Assembly: GCF_004010195.1 (NCBI RefSeq)
Contig: NC_057759.1
Location: 1,869,069 to 1,933,068, forward strand
Reading direction: 5' to 3'
Length of the DNA: 64,000 bases
From: Chiloscyllium plagiosum
Lineage: Eukaryota
The position numbers and the translations under genes are program-made. Positions 39,440-52,705 of this stretch are shown one piece after another. The notes beneath the pieces are model-generated. The model was given only the letters and a program-made list of their open reading frames with translations, was not told the DNA's origin and searched no databases. Numbering within the stretch: position 1 is the stretch's first letter; each line of letters starts with the position of its first letter.

Positions 39440-40770
39440 GAAGACATGCAGAAAGAAATCTGAAAGCACATGATACATCAACTTGTGACAGAACCACTTG
39501 ATTCATTGGGACTTGAATATCAGCAGCTATTCAAATCGAGAGGAAATGTTTGCTTTTGTCTGCTTGACAGGTTTTGGACACTGGTATGGCAGGAAGAATA
39601 CGGAGACATCCGAGTGAGGGAGATTCAGTGCGCTGTCTGTGAAATGTGCTTCAAACCGTTTACTCAGCTTAGGGGATCAAACTGACACCACTCACTGTGG
39701 GGAGAAACTGTGTACACATTCTGTTTGTAATTTCAAACGCAGAGCGACACAAGGAAAGCGCCCCCAATGAGGAAACTGTGGAAATGTGGGGACTGTGGGA
39801 AAGGATTCCCGTCCCCATCAGTGCTGGAAACCCACAGACGCATTTACACTGGGGAGAGACCATTCACTTGCTCCGTGTGTGGGCAGGCATTCAGTCAGAT
39901 GGGTCATCTGCAGAAGCACCAGCGGGTCCACACAGGAGAGAAGCTGTTCACTTGCCCCATGTGTGGGAAGGCATTTGCTCAATCATCTGCACTACTGATC
40001 CATAACAGGGTCCACACCAGGGAGAGGCCATTCACCCGCTCTCAGTGCGGGAAGGGTTTGTGAATTCTTCCAACCTGCAGACTCACCAGCGGGTCCACAC
40101 CGGAGAGAGGCCATTCACGTGCTTGGTGTGTGGGAAAGGGTTCGCTTATTCATCTGCACTGCTGATCCACAAGCGGGTCCACACAGGGGAGAGGCCATTC
40201 ACCTACTCTCTGTGCGGGAAGGGATTCATTGATTCTTCCAGCCTATGGACCTACCAGCGGGTCCACACGGGAGAGAAACCGTTCATGTGCCAGTATGTGG
40301 GAGGGGGTTCACGGAGTCTCTAAACTCCTGATCCACCAGCGGGTCCACACTGGGGAGAAGCCTTCCATCTGCTCAGTGTGCAGGAAGAGATTCAGTCAGA
40401 TGGGACAGCTGCAGAGGCACCAGCTGGTTCACATGGGAGAAAAGCCGTTCACGTGCCCCTGTGCAGGAGGGGGTTCACAGAGTCATCTACAGTGCTGACC
40501 CACCAGCGGGTCCACACACAAGAGAAGCCTTTCACCTGCTCAGAGTGCGGAAAGGGATTCAGGCAGTTGGGTAACCTGCAGTCGCACCAGCAGGTCCACA
40601 CCAGGGATTGGCCATTCACTTGTCCCGAATGCAGGAAGGCATTCAGTCATGTCAGGAACTTGCAGACACACCAGTGAGTCCACACGGGAGAGAAGCCATT
40701 CACTTGCCCGAGTGCTGGAAGGGATTAATTGATGCCTGCGGATGAATGAGCAGGTCCACACTGGGGACAG
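39440..40770 (+). pseudogene. C2H2 (Kruppel-type) zinc-finger terminal exon, about 11-12 fingers, frameshifted
   Basis: Acceptor ttatttttgcAG at 39439. Repeated CxxC..F..L..H...H with TGEKPF linkers spread over several ORF frames, at least 3 frameshifts, a stop near 40675, and Cys/His losses. Confidence 0.9.
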
Positions 40771-41169
40771 CCCACTCACCGTCTGAGACCGTGGGTGGGT
40801 AGTGTATGCGCTTTGACCTTGAGCAGTTTATAAAAAAAGCTATATTTTGTACACCTTTTTACTGCGAAGATCTGAAGCAGTAGCAAAGCTAGGTCGCAAC
40901 AAAGGTTACTTGAACTTGCCATCGTACTCGGACCTTGAAATCTATGCAATCTAACAGGCTTTTGTTTCAAAGCTGCTCATCTTTCAGCCTCCAGCAATAA
41001 GTTTCTGCTGTCATGTATCAGAAGAAGCGGTGAATGAATAGTTAGTATCATCAGAAATTCTGATTTTTTTCAGGAGTGCAGGTATCCCATTGCTTCATTG
41101 GCATTGTAAGGTTTACTGGCAGCACCGGGGGAGGTGTGAGCTGTGATCACTGGAAATTATGCGGAAGAG

Positions 41170-41965
41170 ACCGTGTTGGACTGTGGTGGACAAAGTTAAT
41201 CACACAACACCAGGTTATATTCCAACAGGTTTATTTGGAAGCACTAGCTCTCAGATCACTGCTCCTTCATCAGGTAGCTGTGGAGGAGGATCACAAGAAA
41301 CAAATTTATAGTGAAAGATTAGTGTCATGCAACTGATACCATATAATTTACAAACCTAGAATGCTGTTAAGTCTTTCATCTTTTAGAATGGGTTGCAAAT
41401 TTTGGTTCATTTAATATGTTAATCTTCGAGCTTCCTTCAAGTAATATTCTTGACATAACATCTCAGCTCAGAAAATGCATGAAGGTTATGAGGTTAGAGT
41501 TTCTCTATATCCCAATCTTGAGTGAGACTGGTTCTAATTTCCAAAGTAGGAATTTATAAAATGTTATATGGATTGACTGCCTGCAGATTTTGCTCAAACA
41601 TTGCACAATAGAATGTATCTGCAAATGTAATTTCGCAAATGAAAAGTCACTCCAAAGACTTGTATGTATTTGTGCATCCATCAGAGGCAGTTTGCATGTG
41701 CACGTGTGTGTGTATATGTGAGAGTGTGTGCATGCTTGATAAAATGTGTGATGGAATATAAGCCTTTGCAAGGGTAGGTGCATGTGGGGAGAGTATGTCT
41801 GTGTATCTGGGAGAGAGCAAGTGTATGAGAGAGAATGTCTGTCTGCATGAGTGTGTGTATATGTGCTTGTGTGTGAGTGTACAATACAGTGGATATAAAC
41901 CCAAGATCCCGGTTGTGGCTATCCTCATGGGTACCGAACCTGGCTATCAGCCTCTGCTCAGCCAC
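41170..41965 (-). mobile_element. Penelope (Neptune-like) 3' fragment; mirror at about 61835-62650
   Basis: VAEQRLIARFGTHEDSHNRDLGF (GIY-YIG C-terminus), CA-rich UTR, and a decayed CTGATGAAGGAGCAGT hammerhead end. Confidence 0.75.
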
Positions 41966-42549
41966 TAGAAACAATTAAGCAGTTACAACACACATTGGAG
42001 AAGGCTGGGTGGGACTTGTCTTTCAATTTGCTGGGAGGATCTGGATGCTGTATTCTAGGGCAAACACATGTTGGAGGACCTTCGGCTCAGAGAGATGGAG
42101 CTGATAGCCAGGCTGCAGACATGTTGGGAAGAAAATGGGTAAAGTTAACTGGACACTTTATTCCGGGAGTTGGTTTTTCCCCTCCAGATAGCCTTCTAAT
42201 TGGGTCAGTGGACAGGTAAAGGAGATCTGAGAGAGGGCTGCAGGCCAGAGGAGTGAACTGGCTGGGTAGTGGGTGGTGACATTAAGGACAATGCTGGGGA
42301 GTGGGTGGTGGTGGTAACGGACAGAATAATGACAGGCATTGTCTGTTCTCTGCAACTAGCAGCAGGATACCAGATGGCATCGGTGTCTGTCTAGTAGGAA
42401 GATTCAGGAACAGATGTGATCAGGGCTGGAGAGGTATGAAAGGGAGGTTGCATTGGAGATGATGCAACAATGTCGGGAGGAGAGATCCTCTGCTGTAGGC
42501 TCACGAGAAGTTAGAAGCTACAAAGACAAAGCAGAATCTGAAAGCTCTG

Positions 42550-42810
42550 GGTGGCATGGCTCAGCAGTTAGTACCACTGCCTCATGACCCCAAGGAACTG
42601 GGTTCGATTCCACCCTCACGGAACTGTCTGTGGACTATGGCACGTTCTCCACCTTGTGTTTGTGTGAGTAACCTCTGGATGCTCAGGTTCCCTCCCACAA
42701 TTCAAAAATTTATAGTTCAGACATGTGCCGGTTAGGATGTATTAGCAATGGGGAACTGCAGGGTAAGTGGGTGGGTCTAGGTTGGATGTTGTTCAGAAGC
42801 TTGTCTGCTG
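42550..42810 (+). mobile_element. Diverged HE1-like SINE; mirror at about 60940-61235
   Basis: ggctcagcagttagtaccactgcctca...gggttcgattcc (A/B boxes) followed by a V-like core. Confidence 0.7.
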
Positions 42811-44719
42811 TGGGAAGAATGGGTTACAGTTCGTAGGACACTTGACATCAGTCCTGGTGAAGATGGGATTTGTGCTGTCTCTCCCTCCACCCTCTGCCCC
42901 CCCCCCCCCATTCTCTCCACTCCCACATTCAGCCCCACCTTCTATCCCTCTGTCCATTTTCTCTGTCTCCCCCCACCCTCTGCACCCATCTATTCTCTCA
43001 CCCTTCCCACCCCCATCCTTTCTCATGCTTCAAGTCCTCTTTGATCACTGTATCAAGCCCTTTTCAAGAACACAGGGAGAATGGATGGTGATGACTCGAT
43101 CTGGGAGATATGAGTGCATGAGAAATGGCTGGCCTTTAAAATTGAGAATAGCTAAAATGATATCTTTAGCAACATCATAAAAGACTGAAAGCATGTTCAC
43201 TTTTTTTAAAAAAGCTTCAGAATTCTTCGAAAAAATTGCTTGAAATATGCGCAGTTAGGCCACGGCTGAGGACAGGCTGTAAGGGGTGAATGGTCTATTC
43301 AAAGTCTTGTGCAATTGGTTCCGACTATGTAGAAATCGGGCCATAGAGTTGTGAGGCATGCAAACAAACCTTTTGATCCACACCAACAAGATATCCTAAA
43401 TTAATATAGTGACCTATTTGCCAGCATTTGGCCCATATCGCACTAAACCCTTCCTATTCATATACCCATCCAGATGCCTTTTAAATGTTATCATTGTAGC
43501 AGCCTCTACCAGTTCCTCTGGCAGCTTATTCTATTCGCACACCACCCTTTGCATGAAAAGGTTACCCCTCAGCTCCCTTTTAAATCTTCACGCTCTCACC
43601 GTAAAGCTATGCCCCTCCAGATTTGGACAGCATTCTACCCTGGGGAAACACATACAAAGGTTGAGCCCCCAGACAAACTGTAAACAGAATGAAATAAAAT
43701 ATCGAGCCATGGTAGGGAAAGAAAATTGTGACTGCAGCCCTTTTTCTAAACAATTGGCATTTAGACACTTTAAATTTGTCAGTAGCACCAGCATCTTCAC
43801 ATTGCATACAGTGCATGCTCCTCAGAGTCAGCAAGCACTGTGAATGTTCACCGGTGTCAGCAAAATAATGTGCATGCTCCTTGCTCACCGCGGAAATGGC
43901 CTGCGACATTTTTTAATGGACCAATGAGGGAGCCCTGGACAACCGGAAGGTGTGTGGTCCTCCTGCCAGTCACAACCCTCCTTTTGTCTGAATGCGGCCA
44001 TTGGACCATGAGCTTTGGAAGTTGCTGCTCCTCTCTCTGAATGAAGATTGAGCTTCACCCCAGACTGCAACTTACTCTGGCCAATATCTGTGTGTACAGC
44101 AGTCTCTTTTCTCACCCAGTTTTCCAATTCTTTGTTTCATTCTGGGATTCAATTGTTGACTTGCAGGAACTGAAAGGAAAGGGAGTGAATCCAGGGAGGG
44201 TACAGACTCTGGAAAAGTCGTCCAGGTCTGGGTCTCAATTGGCAAACACATGGCAAATGCAGGACCACAGTATGAAGTTATAACCTTTGCTGCAAAAAAA
44301 AGCAGAAAAGAGGTGTAAGGTTTAAATGGTGATATATTGGGATGTGGAGAAAGTGAGGACTGCAGATGCTGGTGATCAGAGTCAGAAAGTTTGGCGCTGG
44401 AAAAGCGCAGTAGGACAGGCAAAATCTAAGGAGTAGGAGAAGTGATGGATCGGGCTTGAGCCTTTCGTCAGGAATGACATGTGGACGTACAAAGGCGCCT
44501 CTGTGTCCTTCTACACCAGTCAATGTCAGTTGTCAGGTAGGTGCAGCAAGCAATGAGATTGGCAAGAGGAATGGAGTTCAGAAGTGGGGATGTCTTCCTG
44601 CAGTTAGGGGGTCATTGAATATATTCAAGGCTGAGTTCATCTGATTTTTGAACAACAAAGAAGTGGATGGTTCTGGGGAAAGGCAAGAAAATAGTTTTAT
44701 GACCAGTACAGAACAGTTA

Positions 44720-47700
44720 GAGTCATACAACCCAGAAACAGTCCCAGCAGTTCATCTCGTCCATGCTTACTATGTTCTAAAATTAAACTAGTCCCAGTTG
44801 CTAGTATTTGGCCCATATCCCTCTGAACCCCTCATGATTTTATTGTCCTCTACAAGGTCACCTCTCAATCTCCTATGATCCAGTGAAAAAAGTCCCACTC
44901 TATCCGCCGAGATGTATGTACACTTCTATCCAAATGAGAAAGCAAAGAAAATTTTATATAAATTAGAATTGATTGGATGTACTGATGGTCTGAGGCTTAG
45001 CAGATGGATAATTTAAATAAATGCGAGCTGATGCAAAGAGACCTTTGGGTGCAGGTTTATATTTCTTGCAAGTGCAGAGGCCAGTAGATAGGATTGTATT
45101 TTGGTAAGGCTAATCATGGCAGGACTTATACACTTAATAGTAAAGTCCTGGGAAATGTTGATGCAAAGAGACCTTTGGGTGCAGGTTTATAGTTTCTTGC
45201 AAGTGCAGAGGCCAGTAGATAGGATAGTGAAGGTGTTTGGTATGCTTTCCTTTATTGGTCAGAGCATTGAGTATAGGTGTTGGGAAGTCATGTTGCAGCC
45301 ATGCAGGACATTGCAGTATTCCAAAAGTGGCCTAACCAATCAGTTCTGGTCTCCCTGATATAGGAAAGATGTTATGAAACTTTGAAAGGGATTGGAAAAA
45401 ATATACGCGGCTGTTCTCAGACTTGGAGGGTTTGAGGTTTTGGGAGAGACCGAACAGGTTGGGGCTGTTTTCTCTGGAGCATCGGAGGCTGAGGGGTGAC
45501 TTTACAGAAGTGTATAAGGGGCAGGGATAGGGTGAATAGCCAAGATCTTTGCCCCAGGGTACAGGAGTCCAAAACAAAAGGAGAGAGAAAGAAACCTACA
45601 CTGCTAACTGACAAAGCAGTGAATCAGCTGTTACAGGACATCAGAGTGAGTGTAGGAAAAATTAACAAACAGCAAAATTCACAGCTACCTTTGGAGGAAC
45701 CTGTGCGGGAGAGCTCGCAGCACAGGAACAGATAAGTGCATAGTTTTTAACATGTAACCTTGCTGTATGTCTGGACTAGTGTTTGAGTGGGTTCTTTCTT
45801 GGTTATGTGTTTTATTGAAATCTGTCCCTTGATTAAATGTAAAAAATGTAAACTGTAAGTACGAGGTTAGCCTGGAGCACTGGTTTTAATAGCAAAACAA
45901 TGGTGCTATTGTCTGGTTCTGTAGATTGTCGAGGAAATATGGCCTTTCGTGGTGTAATATGCTCTTCCTGTCAGATGTGGGAGTTTAGGGAGAGTTTCGA
46001 TGTTACTGTTGATTATGTCTGCAGTATGTTTGTTTGGTTGTGAATCCTACTGGATCACATGGATCAGATGGAGGAATGAGGAATTTACAAGAGGAATATT
46101 ACAATAAGGAATACATGCAGGAAAGTTATTTGGGTGGAAATGAGAAATAAAGAGATAATCACCTTATTGCGATTCTATTACAGATCACTGAATAGTGTTT
46201 GGTTGTGAATCCTACTGGATCACATGGATCAGATGGAGGAATGAGGAATTTACAAGAGGAATATTACAATAAGGAATACATGCAGGCAAGTTATTTGGGT
46301 GGAAATGAGAAATAAGAAAGAGATAATCACCTTATTGCAATTCTATTACAGATCACTGAATAGTCAATCGGAAATTGAGAAACAAATTTGTAAGGAGATT
46401 TCAGTTATCGGTAAGAACAATGGGTGGTTATGGTTATGGATTTTAACTAGCCAAACACAGAGTAGGGGTTGTGACGGATGGCAGTTATCAGAAGGGAGAA
46501 AAACCGCAAACAGTCAGGGAGATGGGTTAGCTCCAGGAAAGGTAGGAGGGGTAGGCAGGTAGTGCAGGAGTCTTCTGTGGTTACCCCCATTTCAAACATG
46601 TATGCTGTTTGGAAAATGTAGGGGGTGATGGGCTCTCAGGGAGCAGGAACAGCCAGTTCTCATGCAATGAGGGTTATGTTGGGATCCAAGTGATCAATTT
46701 TGATGGGGACTCTCCAGTCAGAGGCACAAACAAGTTTCTGTGGTCAGCAGCAAAAAATAAGAATGGTGTGTCACCTCCCTGTGCCAGGATCAAGGATGTC
46801 TCCGAGATGGTGCAGAATGTTCTCAAAGGGTAGAGTGACCAGAGGACGTCATTGTATACATTGGAACCAATGGCAGAGGAAGGGAAAAGGACGTGATTCT
46901 GAAGGGAAAATATAGAAAGTTAGGCAGTAATTTAAAAAAGGTGGCTCTTGAAGGTAGTCTTATCTGGATGACTCCTCGTGCTGTGAGCTAGTGAGTATAG
47001 GAATAGGAGGATAGAGCAGATGAATGTGTGGCTTAGGAACTGGTGCATGGGAGAAGGGTTGACATCTTTGGATCTTTGGAAATCTTCTGGGGTAGAAGTG
47101 ACTTGTACAGGAAGGATGGATTGCACCTGAATTGAAAGGGGACCAATATTCTGGCAGGGAGATTTGCTCGAGCTGCTCAAGAGGGTTTTTAACTAATAAT
47201 GTGGGAAATAGTGAAGACAGAAATCAATCTGAGAGTGGTACAGTTGGGAAAGGGAACAAGTAAAACAGTCAGGGCAGGAAGGAACAAAGCAGAGAACAAG
47301 GTCGGACTGATAAATTAAACTGCATTTACTTCAACGCAAGAGGCCTAACAAGCAAGGCAGATGTCCTCAAGTCATGGTTAGAGACATGGGACTGGGATAT
47401 CATAGCAATTACAGCAATGTAGCTCAGAGATGAACAGGAGTGGGATCTTACCCTCCAGGATATAAATGCTATAGCAAGGATAGAAAAGGGGGCAAGAGAG
47501 GATTGGGAGTGATGTTTTTGATGAGGCATGGTATTACTGCTGCACTTGGGGAAGAATACAACCAGGGACGTTATTTGGGTGGAACTGAGAAATAAAAAAG
47601 GGATGATCACCTTGTTGTGATTGTATTATAGACCACCAAATAGTCAGCCGGAAATTGAGAAACAAATTTGTAAGGAGTTTTCAGGTATTTGTAAGAATAA

Positions 47701-49025
47701 TGGGGTGTTACGGTAGGGAATTGTAACTTTCCAAACATAGACTGAGACTGCCATAGTTTAAGGGTTTGAGTACTGTAGATGCTGGAGATTAGAGTCGAGA
47801 GTGTGGTGCTGGAAAAGCATAGCATGTCAGGCAGCACCCGAGGAGCAGGAAAATCGATGAAGGGCTTTTGCTGGAAACATTGATTTTCCTGCTTCTCGGA
47901 TGCTGCCTGACCTGCCGTGCTTTTCCAGCCCCAAACTCTCGAACCTAAAAGTTGAAGCTCTAAATTGGAGCAAGGCTAATTTTGACGGTATTAGACTAGA
48001 ACTTTCAAAAGCTGATTGGTGACAGATGTTTGCAGGTCAAGCAATGGCAGGAAAATGTGAAGCCTTCAAAAATTAGATAACGAGAGTCCAGAGACAGTAT
48101 ATTTCTGTCCAGGTGAAAGTAAAGGCTGGTAGGTAAAAGAAATGCTGGGTGACTAGAAAAATTGAGATTTTCGTTCAAAAAAAAAGACAGAAGCATACGA
48201 CAGGGGTAGACAGAAGAGATTGAGTGAATCCCTCGAGTATAAAGTTAGTAGGAGTATATACTTAAGAGGGAAATCAGGAAGGCAAAAAGGGGACAGGATG
48301 TAGCTTTGATAAATAGGGTGAAGGAGTGCCTGAAGGGTTTTTATAAATACATTAAGGACAAAAAGGTAACTAGGGAGAGAATAGGGCCCCTCAAAGAATA
48401 GCAAGGCAGCCTATGTTTGGAACTGCAGGAGATGGGGGAGATGATAAACAAATATTTTGCATCAGTGCTTACTTTGGAGAAGGGCATGGAATTTCAAAAA
48501 TGTGGGGAAATAGACGGTGACATTTGAAAAATGTCCATATTAGAGAGGAGGTGGTGCTGGATGTCTTGAAATGCACAAAAGTAGATAAATCATCAGGACC
48601 TGATCAGGTGTACCTTAGAACCCTGTGAGAAGCTCGAGAAGTGATTGCTCGGGCCCCTTGCTGAGATATTTCCATTATTGATAGGCACAGGTGAGGTGTT
48701 GGAAGACTGGAAGTTAGCTACCGTGGTGGTACTGTTCAAGGAATGTGGTAAGGAAAAGACCAGGATCGGTGAGCCTGACTATGATGGGTAAGTTGGAGGG
48801 AATCCCAAGGGACAGGATTTGCATGTATTTGGAAAGGCAATGACTGATTCCAGATAGTCAGCATCACTTTATGCATGGGAAATCATGTCTCACGAATTTG
48901 ATTGAGTTTTTTGAAGAATTAACAAGGAGGATTGATGAGGGAAGAGCAGTGGACGTGATCTATATGGACTTCAGTGAGGGATTCGATAAGGTTCCTCATG
49001 GGAGAGTGGCTAGCAAGGTTGGCAA
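44720..49025 (+). mobile_element. Cluster of CR1 LINEs, including a long copy with ORF1 (zinc-finger/esterase-like) and ORF2 EN/RT, rearranged, with a nested Penelope fold-back at about 47768-47945
   Basis: MAFRGVICSSCQMWEF, GDSPVRG, HIGTN-like, YFNARGL, HGKSCLTNLIEFFEE...DVIYMDFS.GFDKVPH. Confidence 0.88.
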
Positions 49026-49214
49026 CTTGCGGATCATTTCAGAGAATATCTCTGGGATACCCGCACCCAGCAACCCCATTGTCATGTGGCTGTACACTTT
49101 AACTCCCCTCCCACACATGTAGGTCCTGGGCCTCCTCTATCACTGAAATACCTTTTGTTTGAAAAACTAACAACGTTTGGTTCTTCCAGCAGTGCATCAT
49201 TTTCACCGAAGCAC

Positions 49215-49447
49215 AACCCACCCAGACCCATTCCCCTACATTTACCCCTTCACCTAACACTATAGGCAATTTACCATGGCCAATTCACCTAACGTGCACA
49301 TTTTTAGACTGTGGGAGGAAACCGGAGCACCCGGAGCAAACCCACGCAGACAATGGGAGAATGTGCAAACTCCACACAGACAGTCGCCTGAACCCAGGTC
49401 TCTGGCACTGTGAGGCAGCAGTGCTAATCACTGTGCCACCATGCCGC
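49215..49447 (-). mobile_element. HE1-like SINE
   Basis: ttagactgtgggaggaaaccggagcacccgg...gcagtgctaatcactgtgccacc. Confidence 0.8.
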
Positions 49448-49559
49448 CCAGAGAGACAGAGAGAGAGAGAAAGCAAGACAGGCACACAGAGACTTAATAC
49501 TAACTCTCTGCAGCTTGAAGAAAGTTTAACCCTTTGAGATTCACTTTAGATGCACATTT

Positions 49560-50420
49560 ATTTGTTGGTGAGTGAATGTTTGTGTTTTGTGTCTGTGTCC
49601 TGTCGTGACTGGGGTTGGTGCCCCTGTCGATCAGTAGTTCTGTGAACTCCAGATAAGATGAAAGACAAACATCCCCTAACGGAAATAATAAGTCTGTATC
49701 CTAATTATGAGAAACAATTAAGGGAAAAATCGGCTGCAGCTGCTCAACAAAATAAGGATTGCCTCGAGGAGGCACACATGATTTAACTCTACTCATTAAA
49801 ATTGAACAAGGGATTTGAGGAAAAAAGGGAAGTGAGCAGGAAGAAGCCATATGAGTGTGGAAAAAGGTAGTTTGGGAAAAATCAATGCAATCATCATGAA
49901 GACAAAACTGTATTAAAAAGGGAGTTAGTCCATTAACTGAGGAAGAGTCTGAATTAGATTGGACAGAACTAAAATGCAAATTCGAAGCATATGACTTAGA
50001 AGCAGAATTGGAATTGGCTAGCAAAAAAGGAAAGCAAAGATTTAGAACCTAAGCTGAAATGTCAGGAGCCCCAATGAAAAGGAAATAAGAATAAGAACAG
50101 GCTGCAGCCATGCAGGACCAGATGAATGACAGAGACTGTTCCTTATACCCCATCCTCCCCTCTCCCAAAGATACATAAAGAATCCTGATCCATCTGTGGA
50201 TAAGGAATGGGATTCTGATTTGGAGAAGGAAATATTTTATGTCTCTCCTCCCATCAGCCGACCTCCTCAAAAATCACCCACAGTACGGTCAAGGTGAACA
50301 AGCTTCATAAAAACAAAGTCACCTGAACCCCCCTCCCTACTCTGAGGACCAATCTGCTGAGACCCATGCCCTTCCCCCAACTAATCATTTGTCATAGTGT
50401 GTTAGGAGTGTTACAATTGC
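49560..50420 (+). mobile_element. gag: Endogenous retrovirus leader and gag 5' fragment (gamma/epsilon-like), degenerate
   Basis: Leader donor tggtgagt. (W)PRGGTHDL matrix-like motif (needs a 1-nt frameshift), LYPIL at 50143-50157 and PPPY at 50329-50340 (late-domain-like). Several stops. Confidence 0.6.
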
Positions 50421-51014
50421 ACAGATGAGTGAACTTAAGATCACTGATTTTGATCAATCTAACTGCTGCTTTTAAAATCAGTTTGTACTCTTTAACCAGA
50501 CAGTAAAAGAAAATNNNNNNNNNNNNNNNNNNNNNNNNNNNNNNNNNNNNNNNNNNNNNNNNNNNNNNNNNNNNNNNNNNNNNNNNNNNNNNNNNNNNNN
50601 NNNNNNNNNNNNNNNNNNNNNNNNNNNNNNNNNNNNNNNNNNNNNNNNNNNNNNNNNNNNNNNNNNNNNNNNNNNNNNNNNNNNNNNNNNNNNNNNNNNN
50701 NNNNNNNNNNNNNNNNNNNNNNNNNNNNNNNNNNNNNNNNNNNNNNNNNNNNNNNNNNNNNNNNNNNNNNNNNNNNNNNNNNNNNNNNNNNNNNNNNNNN
50801 NNNNNNNNNNNNNNNNNNNNNNNNNNNNNNNNNNNNNNNNNNNNNNNNNNNNNNNNNNNNNNNNNNNNNNNNNNNNNNNNNNNNNNNNNNNNNNNNNNNN
50901 NNNNNNNNNNNNNNNNNNNNNNNNNNNNNNNNNNNNNNNNNNNNNNNNNNNNNNNNNNNNNNNNNNNNNNNNNNNNNNNNNNNNNNNNNNNNNNNNNNNN
51001 NNNNNNNNNNNNNN

Positions 51015-52705
51015 CTTTTCCCAAGACTCTTCCATTTACTGTATAATTCGCTCTAGAATTAGACTTCCCAAAATGCATCTCCTCACATTTACCTGGATTG
51101 AACTCCATCTGCCACTTTGCCACCCAACTGTCCAGTCTATCTATATTCTCCTGTGTTCTTTGACAGTCCCCTATGCTTTCTGCTACTCCACCAATCTTTG
51201 TGTCATCTGAAAACTTGCTGATTAGTGGCTTCGGCACTGATACCTGTGGAACACGACTGGTCACCTTTCTCCTTTTCAAGAAACTCCCTTCCAGTACTAC
51301 TCTGTCTCCTGTTCCTGTCTCCTGCTCAACCAGTTCTTTTTCCACCTGGCTCGAACACCCTGCACACCATGTCACTTCACTTTCTCCATTAATTTACCTT
51401 GGAACCTTATCAAACGCCTTACTAAAGTCCATGTGTATGACATGTACAGCTTTTCCTTCATCTAACAACTTGGTCACTTCCTCAAAGAACTCTATTAAAT
51501 TGGTAAGGCACGAACTCCCCTGCACAAAATCATGTTGCCTATCACCGATCAGCCCATTCTTTTCCAAATATAAATAGATTTTATCCTTCAGTACCTTCTT
51601 CAGCAACTTTCCCACCACTGACATCAGGCTCACTGGTCTGTAGTTACCCGGAATATCCCTACTACCCTTCTTGTACAGGGGGACAACATGAGCAACCCTG
51701 CAGTCCTCTGGCACCTCACCTGTGTTTAATTTTCCCAACATTGACTGGGATACACTTAGTGCCAGAGGTCTGGATGGGGCAGAATTTGTAAGAAGCATCC
51801 AGGACAGTTTTCTAGAGCAGTATGTCAATAGTCCAATGAGGGAAGGGGCCATATTGAACCTGGTGTTGGAGAATGAGCCAGACTAGGTGGTAGAAGTTGC
51901 GGTGGGGATTCCTTTGGGAACAGTGACCACAATTCTGTAAGTTTTAGTATACTCTTAGACAAAGATGAGAGTGGTCTTAAGGGAAGTGTACTAAAATGGG
52001 CCAAGACCAATTATCTCAAAATAAGGCAGGAGCTGTGAAATGGGGATTGGACACAGCTATTTGATAGGAAGTCCAGATTTGATATGTGGGAGGCTTTCAA
52101 GGATAGGTTGATGATAGTGCAGGATAGTCATGTCCCGTTGAAAGCAAGGGATAGGGAAAACAAGAATCGTGAACCATGGATGACAGGAGAAATTGTACGA
52201 GTAGCCATGGGGAAAAGGGAAGCATACATAAGGTCCAGGCAGGTAAGAACAGAACGAGCCCTGGAGGAATATCAGGAGAGTTGGACCAGTCTTAAACGAG
52301 GAATCAAGCAGACTAAAAAGGGTCATGACATTGCTTCAGCGAGCAGAATATGGAGAATCCAAAAGCCTTTTATTCTTATATAATAAGCAAGTGGGTAACG
52401 AGAGAAAGGATTGGTCCACGAAAGGATAAGGAAGGAAGGCATTGTATCAAACCTGAGAAAATGGGGGAGATTCTGAATCACACATTTGCATCAGTGTTCA
52501 CGGAGGAGAGGAACATGATGACTGTTGAGATTAGAGGTAGAAGCTTGATTACTCTGGATCATGTTGAAATCAGTAGGAAGATGTGTTGGGTAGACTACAG
52601 GTTATTAAGGTGGACAAATCCCCAGAACCGGATGGGATTTATCCCAAGTTGCTAAGGGAGGCAAGAGAGGAAAGAGCTGGGGCCCTGACAGATATTTCAG
52701 TAGCA
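51015..52705 (-). mobile_element. CR1 LINE with inverted 5' segment
   Basis: 51015-51729 is minus-strand RT starting LNTGEVPED. 51725-52705 is the plus-strand EN/tether region ending AGALTDISVA. Confidence 0.88.

Larger units (their letters stand above)
39812..44673 (+). repeat. Left arm of inverted segmental duplication 2 (partner 58911-64000)
   Basis: The window end is the reverse complement of 39812 (tccccatcagtgc). Inner ends gaacaacaaagaagtggatggttc / gaaccatccactactttgttgttc. Confidence 0.95.

Noticed and set aside
41505..41974. His/Thr- and Cys/Val-rich ORFs (also 61827-62290)
   Set aside because: Translation of the CA/TG-rich Penelope UTR. Only the short GIY-YIG tail is meaningful.
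42000..42540. Possible host exon (CLSICWEDLDAVF...LEDLRLREIELEARLQT in the mirror copy at 61552-61794)
   Set aside because: Better explained as a decayed CR1 ORF1 (zinc-finger/leucine-zipper plus esterase) fragment with stops.
51394..51852. 152-aa ORF with novel N-terminus fused to RT
   Set aside because: Chimeric read-through across the CR1 inversion junction.
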